Below are positions 52,712 through 64,000 of a DNA stretch of 64,000 nucleotides, piece by piece. The notes under the pieces were generated by a model. That model saw only the letters and a program-made list of their open reading frames with translations, did no database searches and was not told where the DNA came from. Where the stretch lies: contig OX597827.1 in assembly GCA_951406725.2 (NCBI GenBank), positions 29,264,001 through 29,328,000 of the forward strand. The letters run 5' to 3'. Every line of letters begins with the position of its first letter. Position 1 is the first letter of the stretch. The translations under genes and the position numbers were made by a program. This stretch comes from Octopus vulgaris (Eukaryota).

Positions 52712-53473
52712 TGATAATGATAAATGGTAATGACGTACATGGAGGTATAGAGTTCGTTATTATGTTAAAGCTGTCGAAAGTGATCAGATGAAACAGTCGC
52801 GTTAAGATTTTCAGTACAATTTAAATTATACATTCGTCTTTGGTATATTAACTCAGAAATTATTGATGACGCTTTTATGATAAACGAAAAGCGATAACAG
52901 AGCGCAATAAGAGAGTGTCAATCACTTCCCCCGGATATATAATATACAGATACATGAGACATGAAACAAGATGGCGTACACAATGGACAATCACTGCACT
53001 CTTTCGTTTTCATCCAGATAGTTTATCTGATTCGAAATCTTTTTCATAATCATAATCGATCTTGTTTTTCATAATCGTACATGACGACCTCTGCTGGAAA
53101 TGAAAGAATGAGAATCAGAGTTATAATGGAAAGTCATGTACGATGTTGCTCGTGTAATATTGCTAATCTTCAATTTCTGGATATTTCTCACTTGTGTGGC
53201 GTTCATGTTATTGAACAGGGAAGAAGTTACGTTTAAACCGATAAGTAAGTATTAGCACTGTACTGGAGGTTAGTGTTTGGTTAATATTATCTAATTTAAA
53301 AATTCATCGATTCTTCCCCCCTTCCTCCAAAGTTCTCGAAGTTCTAGCAAAGATCATCGTTTCTGCCATTATTCTTGTGACTAAGCTATAAAGAAAATAT
53401 TTTATTATTAATAAATATGAGAGACAACTTCAGATGCGTTTTACCATTATTATGACCTCATTAACAAAGCATA

Positions 53474-53561
<88 letters not shown>

Positions 53562-54256
53562 GATAGTTTAACAAGAGACAGACAGGCATTGCCCCACAAC
53601 CTTTTTCAGGGACTCGAAGAGCTATATAGAGGAAGGAAAATTTTATCCAAATACAGAGAACTGGTTCGGATACTTGCAACGGTGCAGACCATTCCATTGT
53701 CATAGTAGTAATGTCAAACAGAGCAACGGATAAAATGTGACACTCCCAAAAGTGAAAAGGACAAATGGTAGAAGAATTACAAGTTGAGTATACAAGACTC
53801 TAAATATGATTGCGTTCAATAACTATATATGCTCTCTGTAGTGAGTTCTCAAATCTTAATTTTTGAATATTGGACGGTGGATGTCAAATGAAAAATTGCT
53901 GATGCCCTTTATAAGCAAACTTGGGAAGATAATTAGCTCGTTTTATTAATCATAAAGCGTCATATAAAAAACATATTTTCCAGACATTCAAACACCATGG
54001 ACTTTTTAAATATTTAAGTCATATTCTTTTATAAATCTGCAGCGAACTAACCATCACGATGCAGTAAGCAGAACCAGGCTGTAAGCACAATGACACACAA
54101 ATACATCGCGATGCTCTTGTGCACAACGACGCAAAGTACACAACAGTGCACCGTCTGAGAGCTGCTGGTTTAACGAGCGTAGAATATTAGTATATTGGAG
54201 AAAAGCAAATTAAAAACTGCCATACTCAGAGTCGCCATCCGCACTGGTACCAATAA

Positions 54257-54321
54257 TATAGCCTCGAGCCGACTAAGGCCTTGTGAGTGGATTTGGTAAA
54301 GGGAACTAAAAGAAGCCTGTC

Positions 54322-54365
<44 letters not shown>

Positions 54366-54567
54366 CTTTGTGCTTATGTTTGTCCCTCACCGCCACATGA
54401 CAACCGGTGTTGGTATATTTACGTCTCGGCGAACTCAGCAGTTTCGTAAATGAGTCCGATAGATCAATTACCAAGCTTTGAAAAAATAACTAATTGCCGG
54501 GGTCGATTCTATCGACTAAAATTCTTCCAGGCAGTGCCGCAGGCTATCAACTGAAACAAGTAAAACA
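54257..54567 (+). mobile_element. SINE-A, 5' truncated
   Basis: TATAGCCTCGAGCCGACTAAGGCCTTGTGAGTGGATTTGG through the tail. Confidence 0.75.
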
Positions 54568-54879
54568 TAATGGTTAAATAATTATAGGCATCTGAAACTG
54601 CGACAGCGTAAAATTAAAATCCTGGTGTGTGTGTGTATAATATCTGTTCCTGTGTGTAGTATCTGTTTGCGTGCTTGTGTGCAAGTGTGTGTGTGTAGTA
54701 TCTGTCTGTGTGAGAGTGTATGTGTGCGTATGTGTAGTATCTGTGTATGTGTGTGTAGTATCTGTGTGCGTGTGTGTATGTGTATGCGATTACGTGTTTT
54801 CGTGCGTTGGTGTGCATATACGTGTATGTGTGTGTACATGTGTGTGTGCATGTGTATGAGTTTCTGTGCATATATATGT

Positions 54880-54915
<36 letters not shown>

Positions 54916-55551
54916 ATTTATGATATGTATATGAGCATGGAATGGCACTTGTTCTAATATTTTGGCTCAAAGATATAAAACAGCAAATTAACCTGAGCCG
55001 TTTATTTATTAATTGCCTTTGGGGAAAGAAATTCCCACAGAAACTATTTTGGGCAAAGCAGAGCGAAGAACTCTCTGCCAGCTTACAGCCAATCCATTAT
55101 ATTTGAATCGCTGTTTTCAACTAAACTGCATACAGATATCTCACATTGCCTTCCCTCCACGATGACGACGATGACGATGACGAGGATGATGGTGATGATG
55201 ATGGTGGTGATGATGATGATGACGACGACGACGATGATGATGATGATGATGATGACGACGACGACGACGACGATGATGATGATGATGATGATGATGACGG
55301 CCATGACGGCGATGACGAGCAAGATGTAAAGGATGAAGAGGAGGAGGAGGGGAGGAGGAGGGGAAGAGGATGATAGAAGGGGGATGGGTGAAAGGGGATG
55401 AGGGTGGAAGGGAAGGAGAGAATGACGAGGATGTTCGCGTCAGTGAAGGGCAGTGAGAGGAGAGGAGGAGGCGTAGGAATGAAAGAAAATGATGAGGAGG
55501 AGGAGGAGGAAGGAGGAAATGGAGAAGGATAATGATGATGTTTACGATGAC

Positions 55552-55830
55552 GAGGTCGACTTTGCCTTTCATCCTTTCGGGGTCGATAAGATTAAGTACC
55601 AGTTGTGTACTGGAATTCATCTAATCGACTGGCACCCTCCCCACCCCAAAAAAAATACTTCGGGCCTTGTGCCCAGAGTAGAAAAGGATCGTTAGCACGC
55701 CACAGGAAAATACTTAGCGGTATTTCGTCCCGTCTTTACGACCTAAGTTCAATTTCCGTGGAGGTCCACTTTCCCATCCTTCTTTTCACACCATCACCAC
55801 TAAAATTGCTGGCCTTGTACAAAAAATTGA
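55552..55830 (+). mobile_element. SINE-B fragments (two)
   Basis: GAGGTCGACTTTGCCTTTCATCCTTTCGGGGTCGAT. Confidence 0.8.
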
Positions 55831-55858
55831 AACTCATATTACCAATATTAGAGAATAT

Positions 55859-56231
55859 ACATTATTTACATTTGACGGATACTTCTCCTCATCTTGTTTG
55901 ATGTTAACACAACGTTTCGGTTGATATACCCTCCAGCCTTCATTAGGTGTCTTGGGGAAATTTCGAACCTGGGTTCTCATTCCTAAGGTATTTTTCGAAA
56001 AATACCTTAGGAATGAGAATTCAGGTTCGAAATTTCCCCAAGACACCTGTTCGAAAAATACTTTAGGAATGAGAACCCAGGTTCGAAATTTCTCCAAGAC
56101 ACCTAATGAAGACTGGAGGGTATATCAACCGAAACGTTGTGTTAATAACAAACAAGATGAGGACAAATATCCGTCAAATGTAAATAATGTAAATAATGTA
56201 CATAATTCTTCGTCCCTTAGATGTAGAACTG
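55859..56231. mobile_element. Palindromic PLE pseudo-LTR element with two hammerhead motifs and 13-bp TSD
   Basis: Inverted arms around TTCGAA (~55997); TSD TATTAGAGAATAT at 55846-55858 and 56232-56244; hammerhead motifs at 55907-55950(-) and 56099-56142(+). Confidence 0.85.
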
Positions 56232-56752
56232 TATTAGAGAATATTTCTTTTTTTAACATAACAGAAAACAATTTTGAAGACATTATCGCTGCTGTTTCTA
56301 GCAAAGCGAAGGACCACTTAGAGGCTAAGACATCCTTTCGAAGTTTCCATGTTTATTCGAATGATATTTCTTTAATGGAATATCGTCCATAACTTCATAA
56401 TTACGGTTGACTCTTACAATACAAATATTCAACATTCTCGATTGTTAGTTATTTACTCCATCAAGAAACATGAACTCTACAACATGTTCAATCATCATTC
56501 ATTTATTTAGTTTTGCTTCGTCTTTTTCTCTTCCTTTCTTTCTGTTTTCTTTTCCTGGTGTAACTACACCAATCTGCAGATTCCTCACCAACCAATGCCT
56601 CCCAAGTCTTGTTCTGTTTTTCGTTCGTTTCTGTTTTTTCTCCCCTATGCTATTTATCAATCTGCAGCACATTAAATTTTACATTAACACCACCAACCTC
56701 ACACAGCGGCAGCAAACAGCGTGGATCTCCACACCATTTCTTTTCCGTAATG

Positions 56753-56754
<2 letters not shown>

Positions 56755-56786
<32 letters not shown>

Positions 56787-56810
56787 AACTACTACTACTA
56801 CTACTACTAC

Positions 56811-56855
<45 letters not shown>

Positions 56856-56857
56856 TG

Positions 56858-56912
<55 letters not shown>

Positions 56913-56938
56913 TGATGATGATGATGATGATGGTGATG

Positions 56939-57005
<67 letters not shown>
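56755..57005. repeat. (ACT)n/(AAT)n/(GAT)n microsatellite
   Basis: Direct inspection. Confidence 0.95.
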
Positions 57006-57008
<3 letters not shown>

Positions 57009-57332
57009 ATACAACGAACATTATCAATTCTACCAATCATAACAGTAATTGGAAACACTAACGGTGTATACCAATATTTATAGTTTGGTGCCGTGGCTGT
57101 TGTTGTTCTTCTTGTTGTTATTGTTGTTGGATGTTGTCGTTATGTGTAAATGTGTATTAAATGATACGTTGTATTGCATCTCTATGGTTTTGTGCGCGAC
57201 TGTTGGTTAGCAGCGGGGTTGCTTGTGAGTAGATGTCAATATTGAAATCGTTGTATGAAGCCCTACCAATGACACTGTGAAAGCGGTATTTGTGGGGACA
57301 TTTTGTGTTTTTTTGTGTGCATGTGTGTGTGT

Positions 57333-57407
<75 letters not shown>

Positions 57408-57516
57408 GCTTTACAACATAGAAATCACTATATACCATGTAATCGATTTCAGTTATAGATCTTAAATTTCATAGAGAAATATGTGTATCAATTTTGTTAT
57501 TTGTTTTAGTAAAAAG

Positions 57517-57599
<83 letters not shown>

Positions 57600-58054
57600 G
57601 TACTGGAGAAAATAAAAATAGTGGGGAAATTTTGAGGATTCTTCATTTTAGGATTAGTTTTCCTTGTAAAGAGAAATAGCAAACAGATTCAGAGAGCGAA
57701 TTGACGAAAACAACAAGTCTCCAGAACACGGTAACCTACCAAGTGTTATACAGAACGAAAACTGTATACGAACGGTGAGAGAGCTGGATATCTCAAAATA
57801 ATACAAGGATATTGGAAAGTATTTATACGGATGCATTCTCAATGGAGAATATTTAGTTTATACACGGGAAGTTATCCCGTATGAAAGAAGAAAAAAACAA
57901 AATTCTTTTCTCAGTATTGAGAGGCCCAATAACCTCATATATAAACTGGTGCCCATTAAACATGAACCTTATCCAGTAAATTTGAAGTAAATTGAAGAAA
58001 CTTTATATATTGATCAGAATAATGTTTTACAGTGTTCTATTAGAATGTCTGTTG

Positions 58055-58112
<58 letters not shown>

Positions 58113-58172
58113 TATATTATTATTATTATTTTTATTATTATTATTATTATAATTATTATTATTATTATTATT

Positions 58173-58240
<68 letters not shown>

Positions 58241-58259
58241 TATTATTATTATTATTATT

Positions 58260-58472
58260 GAGTGAGAGAGAAGCACATGCCATCAAAATGACACTGAGGT
58301 ACAAATATACGAAACCATCATGAGTATCCGTCTGATAAGGATACACCAGGCGCATGCATCACAACCATATGTGCGCAACATGGTGATCTTGCAGCTGGGA
58401 CCCAGTTAGAATTTTGCTCAGGTCGAGTAACTCATCCCGCTCAAAAGATCCCCGAATAAAGTTTGTTTAAGG
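58260..58472 (-). mobile_element. 3' fragment of the (TAA)n-associated element
   Basis: Reverse complement aligns to ~44373-44622 and ends CTCTCTCACTC-AATAATAA. Confidence 0.75.
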
Positions 58473-58474
58473 CC

Positions 58475-59150
58475 ACGGAAACTTCGGGCAATGCAAAAAA
58501 CACATTACAGTATGTGACTCTTTTTTCCTTTCTTTTTCTGGTTCATAGGATTATGCTCAACGTGGCTCCGTCATTCACACATACATTCACCCATCTTTTT
58601 CAGAAATATTCATTAGACAAAACTTCCCTCTCTACTCTAACCCTCCTCTTCAAGTGATACTTGAAGAAGTTGATGAAGAAAGTGTTTGTTTCTAGACCTT
58701 TCAGACGCGTTCACCATACACATTCTTTCGTCATAGCCACCAGTACCGTGATAATGGCTCTTCCTTCCCGTTTCAAGGAAGGAGGCGCGACAATATTCAC
58801 GATAGACTCGGGTGAAAAGCTGACTCATACCACACGCCACAGCCGTCTTTTAACATAGGCCCACATGTCAGAAATGCTTGGACACTGTACGAGTGCGTGC
58901 AGAACGATTGCGTCGCTCTGACCGCATCTCCGGTAGGTCGGCTCCGTGTTTCTCGATCCATGTATGTAGAGCTTATCTCGAAAGGGTAGGTAACGCTTCT
59001 CGATAGCATTGCCAGGTCAGGGATCTCTGAAAGTTGTTCATAGGTCCCGGCCCGAAAGTTGTCTTGGACAGGTGGGTCAGGTATTCCTCGTCTGTGCCCA
59101 GGTTCGTCACGAGATTATCGTTGTACCTCCCCTCCACTAATCCCCTATTG
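58475..59150 (-). mobile_element. Tx1/L1-clade LINE ORF2 C-terminus (zinc-binding region), decayed, with partial 3' UTR
   Basis: [15 protein letters not shown] / RDKLYIHGS...RCGQSDAIVLHALVQCP...MWAYV...KECVW...F*KRW; stop at 58543-58545. Confidence 0.75.
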
Positions 59151-59151
59151 A

Positions 59152-59252
<101 letters not shown>

Positions 59253-59299
59253 TAGATAGATAGATAGATAGACAGACATACAGACAGACAGACAGACTC

Positions 59300-59377
<78 letters not shown>

Positions 59378-59685
59378 TTGTATGCGTGTGTGTATGTGCG
59401 TGAGAATGTGTGTGCCACAGAACTTCACAAAACTAGACACCAATATTTAAGCATTGCCCAAACTATCGATTAAGAAAACCAAGCAATACTTATGTAAATG
59501 ATGAATCTACGAACACTTTCCACTAAGATAAAAAAAAATATTACATTCATATATAGCAAATGTGAATTCCATTCATCAGCTACCAAACGGATATCAGTGT
59601 CGTTTCGACACTTTTGTAGTACCATTCAATCGTCCGGGAGTTTTCGTTATATATTTGTCTACTTGGTTTTTTTTCTTTTATTATA

Positions 59686-60964
59686 CGAGGGACGTTCAAT
59701 AAGTAATGCCTCGGACCCACTTGCAGTTGTTTGATCTAGCATGTGCAATCATTTATATCTCTATAGAGTAAGTGACAAATTACAGCTCTGAATTAATTGT
59801 GGTTTCTGATTTACAGGTGTTTGAACTGAGTCAAGTGTGAAATGGAGCCTGTTGAGTGTCGAGCAGTGATCCGGTTTTTGTATTTGAAAGGACGCACACT
59901 ACGGGAGACTTTTGATGAAATGAAAGTAACTTATGGTGATGATGCCCCATCATATGACCTTGTAAAACACTGGCATCGTGAATTCAAACATGGTCGGAAC
60001 TCTGTGGAAACAGCTCCCAGATCTGGTCGCCCCTTCTGCCATTGATGAGGCATCTGTCCGTCAAGTTGAGGCTGCCATTTTGGAAGATCGACGCATAATT
60101 ATTCGCCAAATAACCCATGAGGTCAAGATTAGTACCGGGTCTGTGGAAACTATCATTCATGACCATTTGCATATGCAAAAGGTGTCTGCCAGATGGATTC
60201 CCAGGTTGCTCACGCCTTTCCAGAAGCAAGAACGCGTCGAGTGCTCGAGGGTGAATTTGGAGATGTGCCAAGAAGATGAGTCAAAATTTTTCAAAAGACT
60301 GATTACACAGGATGAAACCTGGGTCCATCACGATGATCCAAAGACCAAATCCCAGTTAATGCAGTGGAAGCACCGTGACTCACCCCCTCCAAAGAAGGCA
60401 AGGGTGCAGCCCTCCGCTGGCAAGGTCATGCTCACAGTCTTCTGGGACCAGGACGGAGTAGTGATGACATATTTCCTGGCAAAGGGTACCACAATTACAG
60501 GAGCCTATTATGCTTCACTTTTGAGGAAATTAAGAGAAGTTATCAAAATCAAGAGGCGGGGCAAGATCAGCAAAGGCATCCTCCTCCTGCAGGACAACGC
60601 TCCGGTCCACAACTCGCTTGTCGCCAGATCAGAAGCACAGGCGTATGGCTATGAACTCCTCCCCATCCCCCCTACTTTCCTGACCTTGCACCCTCTGATT
60701 TTCACCTCTTCCCAATCATGAAGTTGTTTTTGAAAGGAAAGCGTTTCCCAGATGATGCAGCCTTGATTTCTGAAGTCACGTTGAGGTTGGAGGACCAAGC
60801 TGGGTTCTTCTACAAAAACGGTCTCCATAGCCGCATCAAACGATGGGAGAAATGCGTAACTCTGGGTGGTTCCTATGTAGAAAAAGCCTAATAACTGTGC
60901 CAAGTTTCGTTGCTCTACTGCTATGGGAAGTGGGTCAGGGGCATTACTTATTGAACGCCCCTCG
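59686..60964 (+). mobile_element. Mariner (Tc1/mariner) transposon, full length
   Basis: TIRs CGAGGG(A/G)CGTTCAATAAGTAATGCC; TA target duplication at 59684-85 and 60965-66; 1279 bp. Confidence 0.95.
59842..60891 (+). pseudogene. Mariner transposase with two frameshifts (~60035, ~60665)
   Basis: RSGRP, WIPRLL, TQDETW, LQDNAPVH, and PDLAPSDFHLF in a shifted frame. Confidence 0.92.
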
Positions 60965-61624
60965 TACCTTAAGTAACTCTTATCGTAGGGTTTGTTTGTT
61001 TTCAAGCTCCGTTCCGGTTAATTTCTATTTCCAAATCTATGTATTTGAAACAAAGATATTTACAAATGTTTACTTCAATTTGTCCTTGGTGAATTTTATT
61101 TCACGTGTATTTATATAGTTACTGGAGAAAAATGCATTTGATCATATATTATTTAGGAGTGAGGGATAGAAATCTAGAAATATTGATGGTAGCAGCAGCT
61201 ATTATTGTTGTTTTTTCTCCACTCCAAGCCTAATCCATCAGAAGTTTGATCACAAGCTTTCCAATCATGAGAGAATTTAAGACTAGACTGTCCAATATGT
61301 CCCTTAGAGTGCCACTTGGAAGAAAATTTGACTGTTACTTTGCTGTGGTAAGCAACCAAGTAGGGGCACCCTCGTTGGCTAGCTAAGGTACTAGAAGAGA
61401 ACATAGACAAAGAGATTATCCAGCTGTTGTAAGACGGACCTTAAGTGAATCAGACGAATTCAACTCTTGACATATGAGCAATGATCCCATAAACAGACAC
61501 ACACACACACTCAGCACACACAGACACACTTACACACATTATTTAGCAACATTGCTTAAAGAACAGGGCAGTTTCATGACTTTGCTCATAACGGAGTTTA
61601 TGACGTTTCTAATATCACCTTTGA

Positions 61625-61735
61625 GGTTTGCGGCCTAATATTTAGGATGTTGGACTCATGAGCGTAAGATTGTGGTTTCAATTCCTGGACCGGGCACCGT
61701 GGTGTATTCTTGAACAAAACACTTAATCTCACGCT
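61625..61735 (+). mobile_element. SINE head fragment (C/D type)
   Basis: GGTTTCAATTCCTGGACCGGG...TTCTTGAACAAAACAC. Confidence 0.5.
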
Positions 61736-62190
61736 TAAGCTTTGTCTCAACAACGCATTATAACAGTTGAATCTCATCGTTCAGTCTGTTTCCCTTATGA
61801 TTAACCATTGAAGGCAACTCAGGTTGTTAGCAAATGTTTAGGATTGAAAATATTTCTGTCTCTGAAGGTAGGGAGACGCTGGTTTCCTATCACTGCAAAT
61901 GTTTAGTCACTTTTAAATATTACCAAATATTACAAATGTTTTATAAAGACTCTGAGTACACGACTCAAGCCGTCTTCTCATCAAAACGACTGATTTGTGA
62001 TAGGGTTCTGTTCCTTGTTGAATCTGCAGACATTGCTTATAGACAGATTCCAATATTTCATCTGTCTTTGATAGCACGCTTAGGTGACGTCTAATGTTAT
62101 AACCAAAGACAGACAGATTTTAATTTAATGTACAATTTCACGAGTGCCAGATTCACATAGAGCTTTTATTACATGAACATGCACAAGCTT

Positions 62191-62221
<31 letters not shown>

Positions 62222-62428
62222 CATTCTCAAATCTGCTGTTATAGATACATGCACATGAATGCAAATATATTTATAATTACAAATTGGAAACTAATGAGTA
62301 AGCTTGATATTATACTCCCAAACCTGACAAATCTCTTATTGCATATATCTTATAAATGCATCATAGATGATTACACAAACACACACACACACATATATAT
62401 ACATGTCTGTGTGCCTGAGCGTCTCTGC

Positions 62429-62459
<31 letters not shown>

Positions 62460-62807
62460 TGGGGCTAATTTAGCTGCTTCTATATTGATTGAAAAAACTG
62501 ATGAACAACCTTATTCGATTTTCCATTCTTATTGGATTCTCATCAGAGGTGTCTACCACAATTTTTCCCATTCCAGAGAAACAAGCATGTGTTTATATGA
62601 CCACCAATTACAGTAGACACAGAAAAGTAGATCTATCAATTTAATTACTAACACTTTATATTTAATTACTGACACTTTTTATTAACTATCAAGAGCCTGT
62701 CGAAGGGAATCTCAGTTCACACAGTATCATGATAAGAATACTGCATGTTACATACATCACATACATCAGTGTATATAGATAGATAAATATATATATATAT
62801 ATATATT

Positions 62808-64000
62808 GTCTACACCATCAGGGATAACCTAGACATGCTGAACCACCTCCCGAAGACAGTAAAGGACGGAACTCTACTGGTATCTTTCGATGTGGTGAAT
62901 CTATACACTAATATCCCACACGACTATGGTATAGAAGCAATCACATTTTGGCTAGAAATATACCCAGAAGATATCTCAGGACGAATTAACCCCAATTTTA
63001 TAATTGAAGCACTTAAATTCGTCCTGTTGAACAATCATTTCTTGTTCGATACTACTTACTATCAACAGAATGCGGAATTGCAATGGGGACCAGAGCTGCT
63101 CCAGTGATTGCAAACCTCGTAATTGGTTACCACGAACTTAAGTTATACCAATCATCACTAGAAAAATATGGCGCCTCTCTTAATTGCTACTTAAAGGAGA
63201 ACTGGAAGAGATATTTAGATGATTGCTTCATACTTTGGCTAGATAGCATGGGTCAACTCCTTGATTTCAAAAGAATGCTCAACAACATACTCAGCAATAT
63301 ACAATTCACTATGGAACACAACAGTAAGCACTCCCTTTTCTAGACATCTTAATTATAATAGTTAACAACCACATGGAAACAGACATCTTTTATAAACCCA
63401 CAGATACCTATTAACTAAACAATACCTATTATTTAACTCCTGCCACCCCAAACACATAAAAATCAACATACCCTTTAACCAAGCGAAAAGAATCTGCACC
63501 ATAGTTTCCGATACATACACTCGAGAACATAGATTCTTGAACTTAGATCTACACTAACTAAAAGACATAACCCAATCTCATTAGTAGATGAAGGCATCAA
63601 AAGAGCTAAGGAAATAGATATACAAAGGTTAAAGAAAACTAGCCGAAATACTAAACAAGACTTAAAAATACTCCCGTACATCTCCACACATAACCCCAGA
63701 AACAACGAAGCCTTCAACATCATCACCTTAAACCTTCCCATCCTCACAGCAGACAAAACAATGAACGAAATTTTAAGCTCATATAAAATTATAAAAAAGC
63801 AAAAAGCAACCGAAGTTACTGAAAAAAATATTAACCAGCGCTAGACTTTACCCACTAACAACTGAGCCAAAAGTGACAAAATGGGGACGTTCTAACTGTG
63901 GAACATGCCCACACCTTCTGGAAGGTTCAGAATTCTAATTCAAACAAGGAGAAATATTTAAGATCAAATCAAATTTCACCTGCGCCTTAGCAAATGTAAT
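62808..64000 (+). mobile_element. Penelope-like element RT, thumb and linker before GIY-YIG (decayed; runs off window end)
   Basis: LVSFDVVNLYTNIP, AMGTRAAPVIANL, WKRYLDDCF, FLDI, FYKPTD, FNSCHPKH, NCGTCPH, FTCA..NV; several frameshifts. Confidence 0.9.

Noticed and set aside
55952-56392. Mirror ORFs on both strands (146 aa and 87 aa)
   Set aside because: By-product of the palindromic non-coding insertion.

Overview
Eukaryotic, AT-rich, microsatellite-saturated non-genic DNA with no host exon I can call confidently. The SINE families and repeat landscape suggest an octopus (cephalopod) genome; this is inferred, not verified. The window holds about 35 tRNA-derived SINE copies (named A-D here), two decayed CR1-like LINEs, Tx1, R4/Dong and RTE fragments, and Penelope-like elements (PLEs) with about 10 hammerhead-ribozyme motifs. 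It also holds non-autonomous Helitrons, a hAT MITE and a mariner. The main signal is three ORF1-only, RT-less (HAL1-like) zinc-knuckle retroposons at about 2.0-3.2, 3.2-5.2 and 46.2-47.6 kb. They share a 3' TGCC-N5-GGCA hairpin plus GAAATAA, and all three end at the same site in the tRNA head of SINE-A. This points to a SINE-targeting, probably Tx1-dependent system whose 3' tail is also shared with SINE-B. Most short ORFs in the track are microsatellite artefacts.
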